DNA of 24,000 bases from Rickettsiales endosymbiont of Ecdyonurus torrentis (lineage in GTDB: Bacteria; Pseudomonadota; Alphaproteobacteria; WRAU01; Hepatincolaceae): contig OZ026535.1 of assembly GCA_964020105.1 (NCBI GenBank), positions 461,657 to 485,656 on the forward strand, written 5' to 3'. The notes beneath the pieces are model-generated. The model worked only from the letters and a program-made list of their open reading frames with translations, was not told the DNA's origin and searched no databases. Positions 16,307-24,000 of this stretch are shown in pieces (position 1 is the first letter of the stretch; the number at the start of each line of letters is the position of its first letter). The position numbers and the translations under genes are program-made.

Positions 16307-19099
16307 ATGATAAAGTGGATAGTAGTGGTTATTGCTTGTACATGTACTTTTGTTTTGAAAGCAGAAGATAAATATGGTAGTAGAATAAATTATAAAATTG
16401 AAACTCAAAGTTTTGTTATTTTATATAATAATAAATTAGATATGTTAGCTAATCATCTTGCTAGGAACATAGAAAATTGGGGAGCAGAGGTATTTAATTT
16501 AAGTGGAGCTACTCCTAGAGCAAAAATATATGTTTATTTAGTAAATCATAATGACGTTATAAATGCATATAGCTATTCTAATGTTGTAATATTACATATT
16601 AATTCTGAGTTAATGCATGATTTTCATGTTAATTGGGTTGAGACTACTTTTAAACATGAATTAACTCATAATGTGAATATTCTTTTTGATAAACCACACT
16701 GGTGGAATTATTCTATTGGCATCTTAGAGAGGATGATTTATCCTATTTGGGTCGAAGAGGGATTGGCAACTTATGCTGAAACTGAGTTATTTAATCCGCA
16801 ATACAAAAATGGCAGAGGAGTTAATGAAGATTTTTTGTCTAAAATTAGATACAATTATAATAAAGGTATTTCAAATTATTTTTATTATGAAGATGCTAGT
16901 CCTTATGAAGTTGGTTGGGCATTTTTTGACTTTTATAGTAGTACGTATGGCAAAGATAAATTAAGACTTGCTGGACAAAAATATTTAGCAAATCCATTAA
17001 TTAAAATCATATATTCTCCAATTACAATATATGCAGATACAGCAAACATAAGTAGTATAGATTTATATAGAGACTATGATGAATATTTTGAGAAAAAATA
17101 TAAAATTGCTGAAAATTCTTACATACAAGGAGAAATTTTAATTAAAAATGGTTTTGATAAGCAAAACCATATAGATAATATTCTTGATATAAAAGAAGAT
17201 AATCTGTATTACTATGGTTATAGAAAGAGCGTGCTTAATGGTAGTAGTGATAGAGGTATTTTTAGTTATAATTTAAGCAAAAAGACAGTTAAATCTTACG
17301 TATATCTTAATTCTGGGGCTGACAATGTTGTAAAACAAGATAATGATGTATATTATAGTAATATTGACATTAGGAATTATGATGGAGAGCAGTATTCACA
17401 AGCCTATCATTACAATGGAGATAAATTATTATTTAAAACTAAGAAATTAGATTTACAAAGAGTCCATAAATTAATTAGTACTAAAGAGGGTATTTTTTAT
17501 GTTATGAATAATCAGGATAAGCAGGCACTTGTAAAGCATGATGGGGAGATTGTTGTTATTCCATTTTCTGCAAATTTTATTTTTAATAAGCTAGTTTATG
17601 ATAAAAAAAGCAATAGTATTATTTTCGACGCTGGGAGAATATATGATCTATCTGTTAGTGTATATGAGTATAATTTAGATACAACTATTCTTCGTGTCCT
17701 TGTGAAAGGTAGAGAGCCACATGTAGAGAAAGATAAGATATATTTTTCTAATCATACTGAAAATTCAAGATACAACATATATAGTTTTAATAGATTAACC
17801 AAAGAAGTATTACAATTAACCAATACTCCATATGGAGCCTTTAATCCATATTATCATGAGGGAGTTTTGTATTATATAAGCTACCATGAATCAGGCAAAA
17901 CTATATTTCGCTTATCAGAGGATAAGTTTGTAAATAGCAAAACTAATATATTTGCTGGGTTAGAAATAACTTATGATTTAATGCTTAATAAAAAAGAATT
18001 AAATACATCGATTGCCGAAATGGGTAACACTAATGTCATTGCTGATTTACAAATAGTGGATAATAATATGAATTTATCTATAAATCCAATTAATAATTCA
18101 ACTGTAAATAGCAGTGGAAAAGTTGATAGAAATAGTAATAATATTAATGGAAGTCCTTATAAAAAAACATCTATTTCTTTTTTTAATTATAGACTAAATA
18201 GGATTGATCTTATCGGTACTATGGGAGTATCTGTGGCTTCTTTAGATAATACGCATACAATAGATGTTGCTAGAGAATCATTTGATTACGGAATTGTTGA
18301 GGACAACTTGTCAGCCTCTGATTTAAAATCAGGATCAGTTAGGTTTATTTATAATCCCAATCAAGTTGCAGATATTCCAATGGGTGTATTTTCTGTTGTT
18401 GCGTATAAATCTTTATCAACTAGACATGGTGCACTGATTGCTAATTTTACTCCGATATTATATAGTGGCTATGGCAATGTGCCGAGTATAGTGGGTGATT
18501 TTAAATTAAATCATAATGCTGATTACAAAATTGGTGGAACTTTATTATTTAGTAATATTTATAAGTTAAATATTACAGGAGGATATAGCACTCAGTATAA
18601 AAGAAGAGATAATTATTATCATGCGGGTTTTTCTTTGTATGAAATTTTAAGTTTTACTTATAATCAAGGAGATAAAACTTATTTTAATATTAATGTTGAT
18701 TCCTCAGGTATAAGTAATCTTAATTTATGGAAAGTAACAGGAATGGATTATGTTTTACAAACAACTATCAAAAGAAGTATTCCTTTTAATATTTATTACG
18801 GAACTAGAGACGGCAGAATAGGAATTAATGAAATCATAATAAGACCATCATTTGTACATTTATATGCAGGATATAATAAAAATCCACAACCGTCTTTATA
18901 CAATACTTATCATACTTCTTATACTAACTTAGATGTATTTTTCAATGGAGTGTTTCAGTATAACACAGGCTTCAGTCTCGGGGTTGGAGTAAGTTATCGT
19001 TATAATTATAATCTCAATACTGAATATTCTTCTTTAACTGAAGGGTTTGAGAAAAAAGAAGATGTTGAAACTTATATGATTTTGAAGCTGAATTTCTAA
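16307..19099 (+). CDS. Secreted / outer-membrane multidomain protein, 930 aa: signal peptide, HExxH zinc-metalloprotease (peptidase-MA-like) domain, beta-propeller-like repeat region, C-terminal beta-barrel
   Basis: AAGGA SD before the ATG. N-terminal signal-like MIKWIVVVIACTCTFVLKA/EDK. HELTH at aa 117-121 (nt 16655-16669), followed by PIWVEEGLATYAE (E150/E151), a gluzincin-type third ligand. The middle region (aa ~290-540) has recurring short beta-strand repeats resembling TolB/PD40-type propellers. The last ~300 aa show alternating-hydrophobic strands and end ...YMILKLNF, with the terminal Phe typical of OMP barrels. Confidence 0.8.
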   Translation: MIKWIVVVIACTCTFVLKAEDKYGSRINYKIETQSFVILYNNKLDMLANHLARNIENWGAEVFNLSGATPRAKIYVYLVNHNDVINAYSYSNVVILHINSELMHDFHVNWVETTFKHELTHNVNILFDKPHWWNYSIGILERMIYPIWVEEGLATYAETELFNPQYKNGRGVNEDFLSKIRYNYNKGISNYFYYEDASPYEVGWAFFDFYSSTYGKDKLRLAGQKYLANPLIKIIYSPITIYADTANISSIDLYRDYDEYFEKKYKIAENSYIQGEILIKNGFDKQNHIDNILDIKEDNLYYYGYRKSVLNGSSDRGIFSYNLSKKTVKSYVYLNSGADNVVKQDNDVYYSNIDIRNYDGEQYSQAYHYNGDKLLFKTKKLDLQRVHKLISTKEGIFYVMNNQDKQALVKHDGEIVVIPFSANFIFNKLVYDKKSNSIIFDAGRIYDLSVSVYEYNLDTTILRVLVKGREPHVEKDKIYFSNHTENSRYNIYSFNRLTKEVLQLTNTPYGAFNPYYHEGVLYYISYHESGKTIFRLSEDKFVNSKTNIFAGLEITYDLMLNKKELNTSIAEMGNTNVIADLQIVDNNMNLSINPINNSTVNSSGKVDRNSNNINGSPYKKTSISFFNYRLNRIDLIGTMGVSVASLDNTHTIDVARESFDYGIVEDNLSASDLKSGSVRFIYNPNQVADIPMGVFSVVAYKSLSTRHGALIANFTPILYSGYGNVPSIVGDFKLNHNADYKIGGTLLFSNIYKLNITGGYSTQYKRRDNYYHAGFSLYEILSFTYNQGDKTYFNINVDSSGISNLNLWKVTGMDYVLQTTIKRSIPFNIYYGTRDGRIGINEIIIRPSFVHLYAGYNKNPQPSLYNTYHTSYTNLDVFFNGVFQYNTGFSLGVGVSYRYNYNLNTEYSSLTEGFEKKEDVETYMILKLNF

Positions 19100-19730
19100 G
19101 GAAAAAATATTACGTTAATTGAGAGAAACTGTATGGAGTTTTGACATCATAGAGAGTTGATTTTGTTAGATTTTTTCCTTAAAGTATTATATTTCTATCA
19201 AAATAAAATAACAAAAAGTTACAAAGCCTTAAAATTTATTAACTTAGCGCAAATTATGGCAAATAAAAGCCCTTTGTTAGGTAAGCTCTAGATTATAATA
19301 AAGTAGTTTAGTTTGGGTAGGAAAAAATCAAAGTAGATGTTTGAGATGATACATTGCAACAAAATTTGTGAATAAGTAGAGATTTTAACAGATTAATTAC
19401 TATTAGAAAAGTTAGCTTTAGGTTGATGATAATTTAATTCAAAAAATTTTGTAGAAAACAACGACATTAATTTTGATCTTATTAGGTATGCAAAGAATAA
19501 TTACAATATTTCTCCCTAAATATTCGTAAAATATAAAGAAATTGTAGTAGTTTTCTGCAAATTAAGTAGATTATAATAATCAAAATATAAGTATGTCAAT
19601 TTGCTATTTAACACTAATAAAGCACTTAGGATTTATTTAAATAGGAAATTGCATAAGGTGTAACTTTTACTTTAAAACAAACTGGGTTCTTTGCTTAAGA
19701 ATGGCTGCTCATATATACTAAAATGAGTTG

Positions 19731-20561
19731 CTAGCTGGGATTTTTAGTAATTTTATCTATAGAAATTAATTTTTCTAAAATAGATTTAGCATCCCTAAGA
19801 TTTATCATATTAGGCCCATCGCTTGGGGCATTATCAGGATCTTGATGAATTTCCATAAATAATCCAGCAACTCCAACAGCAACAGCCGCCCTAGCTAATA
19901 AAGGAGCAAAATCACGATTGCCACCAGTTTTATCACCAAGACCTCCTGGTTTTTGTACAGAATGAGTAGCGTCAAATATCACAGGATATCCAGTCTTTGC
20001 CATAATTGGTAAAGAGGTCATATCAACTACAAGATTATTATAACCAAACGATGCCCCTCTTTCACATAGCATTATATTTGAATTACCAGTGCTTTCAATT
20101 TTTTTTGTTATATTCAACATATCCCAAGGAGCTAAAAATTGCCCTTTTTTTACATTAATAACTTTACCAGTTTTACCTGCAGATATTAATAAATCTGTCT
20201 GACGACATAAAAAAGCCGGTATCTGAATTATATCTAGCACTTCTGCCATAATAGCACAATCACTAGATTCATGAACGTCACTAACTACAGGAATATTGAA
20301 TTTATCCTTTATATCCTGGAATACCTTAATTGATTCTTTAATGCCAATACCACGTGAAGAAGAAATAGAGGTTCTATTGGCTTTATCGTATGAACTTTTA
20401 TATATCAATTTAATATCAAGCTCTTTCGTTATTTTTACCAATTCGCCACACATATATATAGCATGATCAGAACTTTCAATAACGCAAGGTCCTGCAATAA
20501 GAATAAATGGTAAATTATTGGCTATTGTAATACTAGCAACATTAACAGCTTTATTTAGCAA
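19731..20561 (-). CDS. kdsA: 2-dehydro-3-deoxyphosphooctonate (KDO-8-phosphate) aldolase/synthase
   Basis: Full-length match to the KdsA pattern: PFILIAGPCVIES, KSSYDKANRTS, IIQIPAFLCRQTDLL, VKKGQFLAPW, LCERG, FDATHSVQKPGG. Confidence 0.95.
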   Translation of the reverse strand: MLNKAVNVASITIANNLPFILIAGPCVIESSDHAIYMCGELVKITKELDIKLIYKSSYDKANRTSISSSRGIGIKESIKVFQDIKDKFNIPVVSDVHESSDCAIMAEVLDIIQIPAFLCRQTDLLISAGKTGKVINVKKGQFLAPWDMLNITKKIESTGNSNIMLCERGASFGYNNLVVDMTSLPIMAKTGYPVIFDATHSVQKPGGLGDKTGGNRDFAPLLARAAVAVGVAGLFMEIHQDPDNAPSDGPNMINLRDAKSILEKLISIDKITKNPS

Positions 20562-20562
20562 T

Positions 20563-22194
20563 CTATTTCTCCTTTACATATTCTGCAACAGCTTGTACAT
20601 AAGATAAAAACAACGGATGGGGTTCAAATATCTTTGATCTTAGTTCTGGATGAAATTGTACGCCAATAAACCAACGATGATTTTTCAATTCTATAGTTTC
20701 AGGTAGTATATTATCAGGAGACATACCAGAAAAAATAAAACCCTTTTCTTCAAGTTTGCTTCTATATTTGGTATTTACCTCATAACGATGCCTATGTCTT
20801 TCATATATCATATCAGCATTATAGATGCTTGATACCTTTGACCCTTTCATTGGAATAAATGGATATAATCCAAGTCGTAAAGTGCCACCCTTATAAGAAT
20901 CTAAACTCCTTTTTTCCAAAACCCCTTCCTTTAGCCACTCAGTAATTAGACCAATTACTGCAGTTCCAGAACTTGCAAATTCACTAGAAGTAGCATCTTT
21001 TATACCTAGAAGATTTCTACTTGCTTCAATCACAGCCATCTGCATCCCAAAGCATATTCCTAAAAAAGGTATATTATTTATCCTTGCATATTCAACCGCC
21101 TTTATTTTCCCCTCAATCCCTCGACTCCCAAATCCAGGTGCCACAATAATACCGTCAATATCAGAAAATAATTTACCACAATTAGGATCTTTTTCTTCAA
21201 ACAATTCCGAGTTAATCCAACTAATATTAACTTTAATACCACTATGAATTCCAGCATGATACAATGCTTCTGTAATAGATTTATATGCATCTTTTAAGAT
21301 TGTATATTTACCAACAAGTGCTATTTTAATATTTTTTGTATAGGAATCTATTTTACTCTCTATCGTTTTCCACTGCGAAATATCAATATTGTTACCCTTT
21401 ATGCCAAAATGATACAAAACTCTCTCATCCAAGCCTTCTTTATGATAGTATAAGGGTACCTTGTATATATTATCAGCATTGTAACCAGCTATAACGTCTT
21501 TTGTATCAACATTGCAAAAAAGAGCAATCTTTTTTTTATCAAGCTCACTAATCTCTTGTGAGGAACGACATAATATAACGTCAGGCTTGATGCCTAGCGA
21601 CTGCACTTCTCTAACAGAATGCTGAGTGGGTTTAGTTTTAATTTCACCAGCTGACTCTAAATAAGGAACAAGTGTAACATGGACAAACACAACCTTGCTT
21701 TTCCCTTTTTCATTATAAAATTGACGAACAGCCTCTAAAAATGGTGTCGCTTCTATATCACCCACTGTCCCACCAATTTCACAGATCAAAAAATCCTCAT
21801 CAGTAATATCTTTATCGATAAAACTTTTTATTTCATTGGTAACGTGCGGTATAACCTGAATGGTCTCCCCTAGGAAATCACCCTTTCTTTCTTTTTCAAG
21901 AACATTGAAATATATGCGACCAGCACTGATACTATCATTTTTGTTACAAGAATTACTTGTGAATCTTTCATAATGACCAAGATCAAGATCCGTCTCTGCA
22001 CCATCATCAGTTACAAAAACTTCCCCATGTTGAGTAGGACTCATAGTCCCAGGATCAATATTAAGATAAGGATCCATTTTTTTATTTCTTACTTTATAGC
22101 CACGTGCCTTCAGCAATGCACCCAAAGATGCAGATACTATTCCCTTACCAAGGGAAGATGTAACACCGCCAGTAACAAAGATATATCTAACCAT
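20563..22194 (-). CDS. pyrG: CTP synthase
   Basis: YIFVTGGVTSSLGKGI, DPYLNIDPGTMSPTQHGEVFVTDDGAETDLDLGHYERF, and the glutamine amidotransferase segment GICFGMQ...HRHRYEVN. Its stop lies 1 nt from the kdsA start. Confidence 0.97.
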   Translation of the reverse strand: MVRYIFVTGGVTSSLGKGIVSASLGALLKARGYKVRNKKMDPYLNIDPGTMSPTQHGEVFVTDDGAETDLDLGHYERFTSNSCNKNDSISAGRIYFNVLEKERKGDFLGETIQVIPHVTNEIKSFIDKDITDEDFLICEIGGTVGDIEATPFLEAVRQFYNEKGKSKVVFVHVTLVPYLESAGEIKTKPTQHSVREVQSLGIKPDVILCRSSQEISELDKKKIALFCNVDTKDVIAGYNADNIYKVPLYYHKEGLDERVLYHFGIKGNNIDISQWKTIESKIDSYTKNIKIALVGKYTILKDAYKSITEALYHAGIHSGIKVNISWINSELFEEKDPNCGKLFSDIDGIIVAPGFGSRGIEGKIKAVEYARINNIPFLGICFGMQMAVIEASRNLLGIKDATSSEFASSGTAVIGLITEWLKEGVLEKRSLDSYKGGTLRLGLYPFIPMKGSKVSSIYNADMIYERHRHRYEVNTKYRSKLEEKGFIFSGMSPDNILPETIELKNHRWFIGVQFHPELRSKIFEPHPLFLSYVQAVAEYVKEK

Positions 22195-22231
22195 AACCTT
22201 CTCACCATTATGTTAAATTAAAAAGTATACC

Positions 22232-22573
22232 TTACTTATTACCTAAAGGAACTTTAGGTTTATCATCAATCTTTGTTTCCACTGGAGATTCTTTGCTTTT
22301 TTGAGCTTCTTGTATTTTATTTAATAAATCATTATCTTCCTTATTACTGTTAATGTGTATGGCTCCAATTACTACACTATTAATAAATAATGCAAAGCCA
22401 AAAATAAGAGTTATTTTTGTTAGTGAACTAGTAACAGAAGTTCTAGCAGAAAAAAAAGAGTTATAAGTGTTACTACTTATTAAAGAAGTTCCGCCTTCAC
22501 TCTTTTGAAACATAACTAATAAAATTAATAACAAGGAAATAACAAACTGAGATACATAAAAAAATGTTAACAT
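22232..22573 (-). CDS. secG: Preprotein translocase subunit SecG (with a charged C-terminal extension)
   Basis: Two-TM topology with the central loop MFQKSEGGTS...FFSA. Conserved position between tpiA and pyrG. Confidence 0.85.
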   Translation of the reverse strand: MLTFFYVSQFVISLLLILLVMFQKSEGGTSLISSNTYNSFFSARTSVTSSLTKITLIFGFALFINSVVIGAIHINSNKEDNDLLNKIQEAQKSKESPVETKIDDKPKVPLGNK

Positions 22574-22592
22574 TTTAAACTCCGAAACTATT

Positions 22593-23345
22593 TTATATAG
22601 AATTAATAATTTTTAAAAAATCATCAGCTTTTAGAGATGCACCACCAATTAATCCACCATCAACGTCCTTAGCAGCTAAAATAACTTTAGCATTACCAGG
22701 GTTAAGGGATCCACCATATAATATCCTCATATTATTAGATATTTTTTCTCCCCTAGCAGACGCTATAATTTTTCTAATATAACCATGCACATGTTCAATT
22801 TCCTCTACGCTAGGAGTTAAAGAGGTACCAATTGCCCATACAGGCTCATAAGCAATAATTGTATTTATATGATCAGAATTATCGGCAAGAGAATTGGTAA
22901 TTTGATTTTCAATAACCTTCAACGTTTGAGATGAATTTTTTTCTTCTAGTGTTTCACCAATACATAGAATACCAGTCAACCCAACAGATATGGCAGAAGT
23001 TAATTTATCTTTAATTAAGCTATTACTCTCCAAGTGATAGGCGCGTCTTTCAGAATGACCAAGTAAGACATGACTGCATCCAATATCTTTTAACATAGCT
23101 GCACTTATATTGCCAGTATAGGCTCCAGAGGCTTTGTCATGACAGTCTTGACCACCAATATGAATGCTAATATTTTTAAAGGATTTTATTAGATGAGATA
23201 ATAAAGTAAATGGCGGAAATACCGCCACATCTATTATTTTTGTTTTGTTTTCTATTGAATTCTGCAAAGATGATACGAACAAATCTGAATCTTTAAGATT
23301 GCAGTTCATCTTCCAATTGCCGGCAATGAATTTTTTCCTAGACAT
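22593..23345 (-). CDS. tpiA: Triosephosphate isomerase, 250 aa
   Basis: KFIAGNWKMN, LLGHSERR, ILCIGE, AYEPVWAIGT, YGGS...GGLIGGASL. The ORF track starts at 23402. I prefer the ATG at 23345 (MSRKKFIAGNWKMN) because GGAAG lies upstream and it gives the canonical length. Confidence 0.93.
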   Translation of the reverse strand: MSRKKFIAGNWKMNCNLKDSDLFVSSLQNSIENKTKIIDVAVFPPFTLLSHLIKSFKNISIHIGGQDCHDKASGAYTGNISAAMLKDIGCSHVLLGHSERRAYHLESNSLIKDKLTSAISVGLTGILCIGETLEEKNSSQTLKVIENQITNSLADNSDHINTIIAYEPVWAIGTSLTPSVEEIEHVHGYIRKIIASARGEKISNNMRILYGGSLNPGNAKVILAAKDVDGGLIGGASLKADDFLKIINSI

Positions 23346-23434
23346 AATTACTTCCAAATAATATACACTAGCAATAGTAAAATATTTCTCAGAAGATTGC
23401 AATTAAAAAACGTACAGTATAGACAAAATTGTAA

Positions 23435-23989
23435 TTATTGCACAAAGTTATTAACGTATGGGGGACCATAAATTTTACCTGTCCTAGCCATAAGAATAAG
23501 GTCGCAAATTTCTCTTACTGCGCCAAATCCACCAGCCTTAACTGTTACATAAGATACAAATTCAAAGACAGACTCAGCAGAATTTGCAACGGCAATTGGC
23601 AGACCTACAACTTGAAAACCTTGTATGTCATTAACATCATCACCCATATGAATGCTTTTTTGTGGGTTAATGGATAAATCTTTACATATTTTTAAAATAT
23701 CTTCTCCCTTTTTATGAGATCCAGTAACTATAGCGTCAAAACCAAGTATTTTTGCTCTCTCGCTTGCTATTTGAGATACACTAGTTGTAATAAGTGCTAT
23801 TTTAATACCTAAATTTTTTACCATTTGTAATCCAGTTCCATCGTGTGCATAAAACTTCTTGATGGCGACCCCATTTTCGTCCATATACATACCACCATCT
23901 GTTAAGGTGCCGTCCATATCCACACACAAAAACTCTATATCTTTTAATTTTTCTACTAGTTCTTCTTTACTTAATAATTTAATGCTCAT
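23435..23989 (-). CDS. kdsC: 3-deoxy-D-manno-octulosonate-8-phosphate phosphatase (HAD-IIIA)
   Basis: KdsC pattern: CVDMDGTLTDGGMYMDENG...KKFYAHDGTGL...GIKIALITT...GDDVNDI...GGFGAVREICDLIL. Confidence 0.88.
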   Translation of the reverse strand: MSIKLLSKEELVEKLKDIEFLCVDMDGTLTDGGMYMDENGVAIKKFYAHDGTGLQMVKNLGIKIALITTSVSQIASERAKILGFDAIVTGSHKKGEDILKICKDLSINPQKSIHMGDDVNDIQGFQVVGLPIAVANSAESVFEFVSYVTVKAGGFGAVREICDLILMARTGKIYGPPYVNNFVQ

Positions 23990-24000
23990 TGCTCTTATTT

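Noticed and set aside
21102-22221. ORFs at 21102-21290(-) and 21973-22221(+) overlapping pyrG
   Set aside because: They lie inside or antisense to the unambiguous CTP synthase gene, so they are shadow frames.
4203-23402. Longer N-terminal extensions given in the ORF track (4203, 6804, 12923, 13605, 23402)
   Set aside because: In each case an internal ATG has a better-placed SD, removes a large overlap with the upstream gene, and gives the canonical N-terminus or family length. Examples are MSRKKFIAGNWKMN for TpiA and MLNIVLPMAGRGSRF for the nucleotidyltransferase.
1-24000. Search for tRNA/rRNA genes, transposases, integrases, toxin-antitoxin pairs or known defence-system genes
   Set aside because: I saw no T-loop-like GTTCRANNC with matching acceptor stems in the intergenic regions, no rRNA-like conserved blocks, and no ORF with DDE, tyrosine-recombinase, nuclease or ATPase defence-type motifs. 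This was eye inspection only. tRNAscan-SE, Infernal and defence-system HMM scans would be decisive.

Overview
This is a 24-kb AT-rich bacterial chromosomal segment. I found no rRNA, tRNA, CRISPR array, transposase or integrase, and I support 21 CDSs.

- **nt 2-2692 (+):** a large protein with no family I recognise, probably truncated at its 5' end by the window edge. It is Gly/Thr/Asn/Tyr-rich, has a strongly acidic tail, and is visibly more GC-rich than its neighbours.
- **nt 2693-3824:** 1.1 kb of very AT-rich non-coding DNA with two perfect hairpins and a candidate promoter.
- **nt 3825-10358 (+):** a tightly coupled seven-gene operon. It matches gene for gene (motifs and lengths) the functionally orphan E. 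coli yhf/php cluster: a PRD-only protein, DUF2620, the YhfT permease, Php, two PLP enzymes (YhfS, YhfX) and the phosphopentomutase-like YhfW. The gene order is different and there is no yhfZ-type regulator. This is my top candidate for an undescribed system.
- **nt 10586-16003:** a surface-glycan decoration locus. It has a pyruvyl-transferase-like gene on the minus strand. The divergent control region contains an 84-bp x2 tandem duplication that copies that gene's SD and start codon. The six-gene plus-strand operon encodes an unknown protein, a nucleotidyltransferase, a GDPD-like protein, a HAD phosphatase, a degenerate nucleotidyltransferase paralogue and a cupin.
- **nt 16307-19099 (+):** a very AT-rich 930-aa gene whose product has a signal peptide, an HExxH metalloprotease domain, a beta-propeller-like middle and a C-terminal beta-barrel ending in Phe. 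It is bracketed by a 15-nt inverted repeat.
- **nt 19731-23989 (-):** a core block of kdsC plus tpiA-secG-pyrG-kdsA. Its order and the PyrG sequence look alphaproteobacterial. A Rickettsiales/Holosporales-like endosymbiont is my guess, but this cannot be proven from the window.

All functional calls come from motif recognition by eye. No searches were run.
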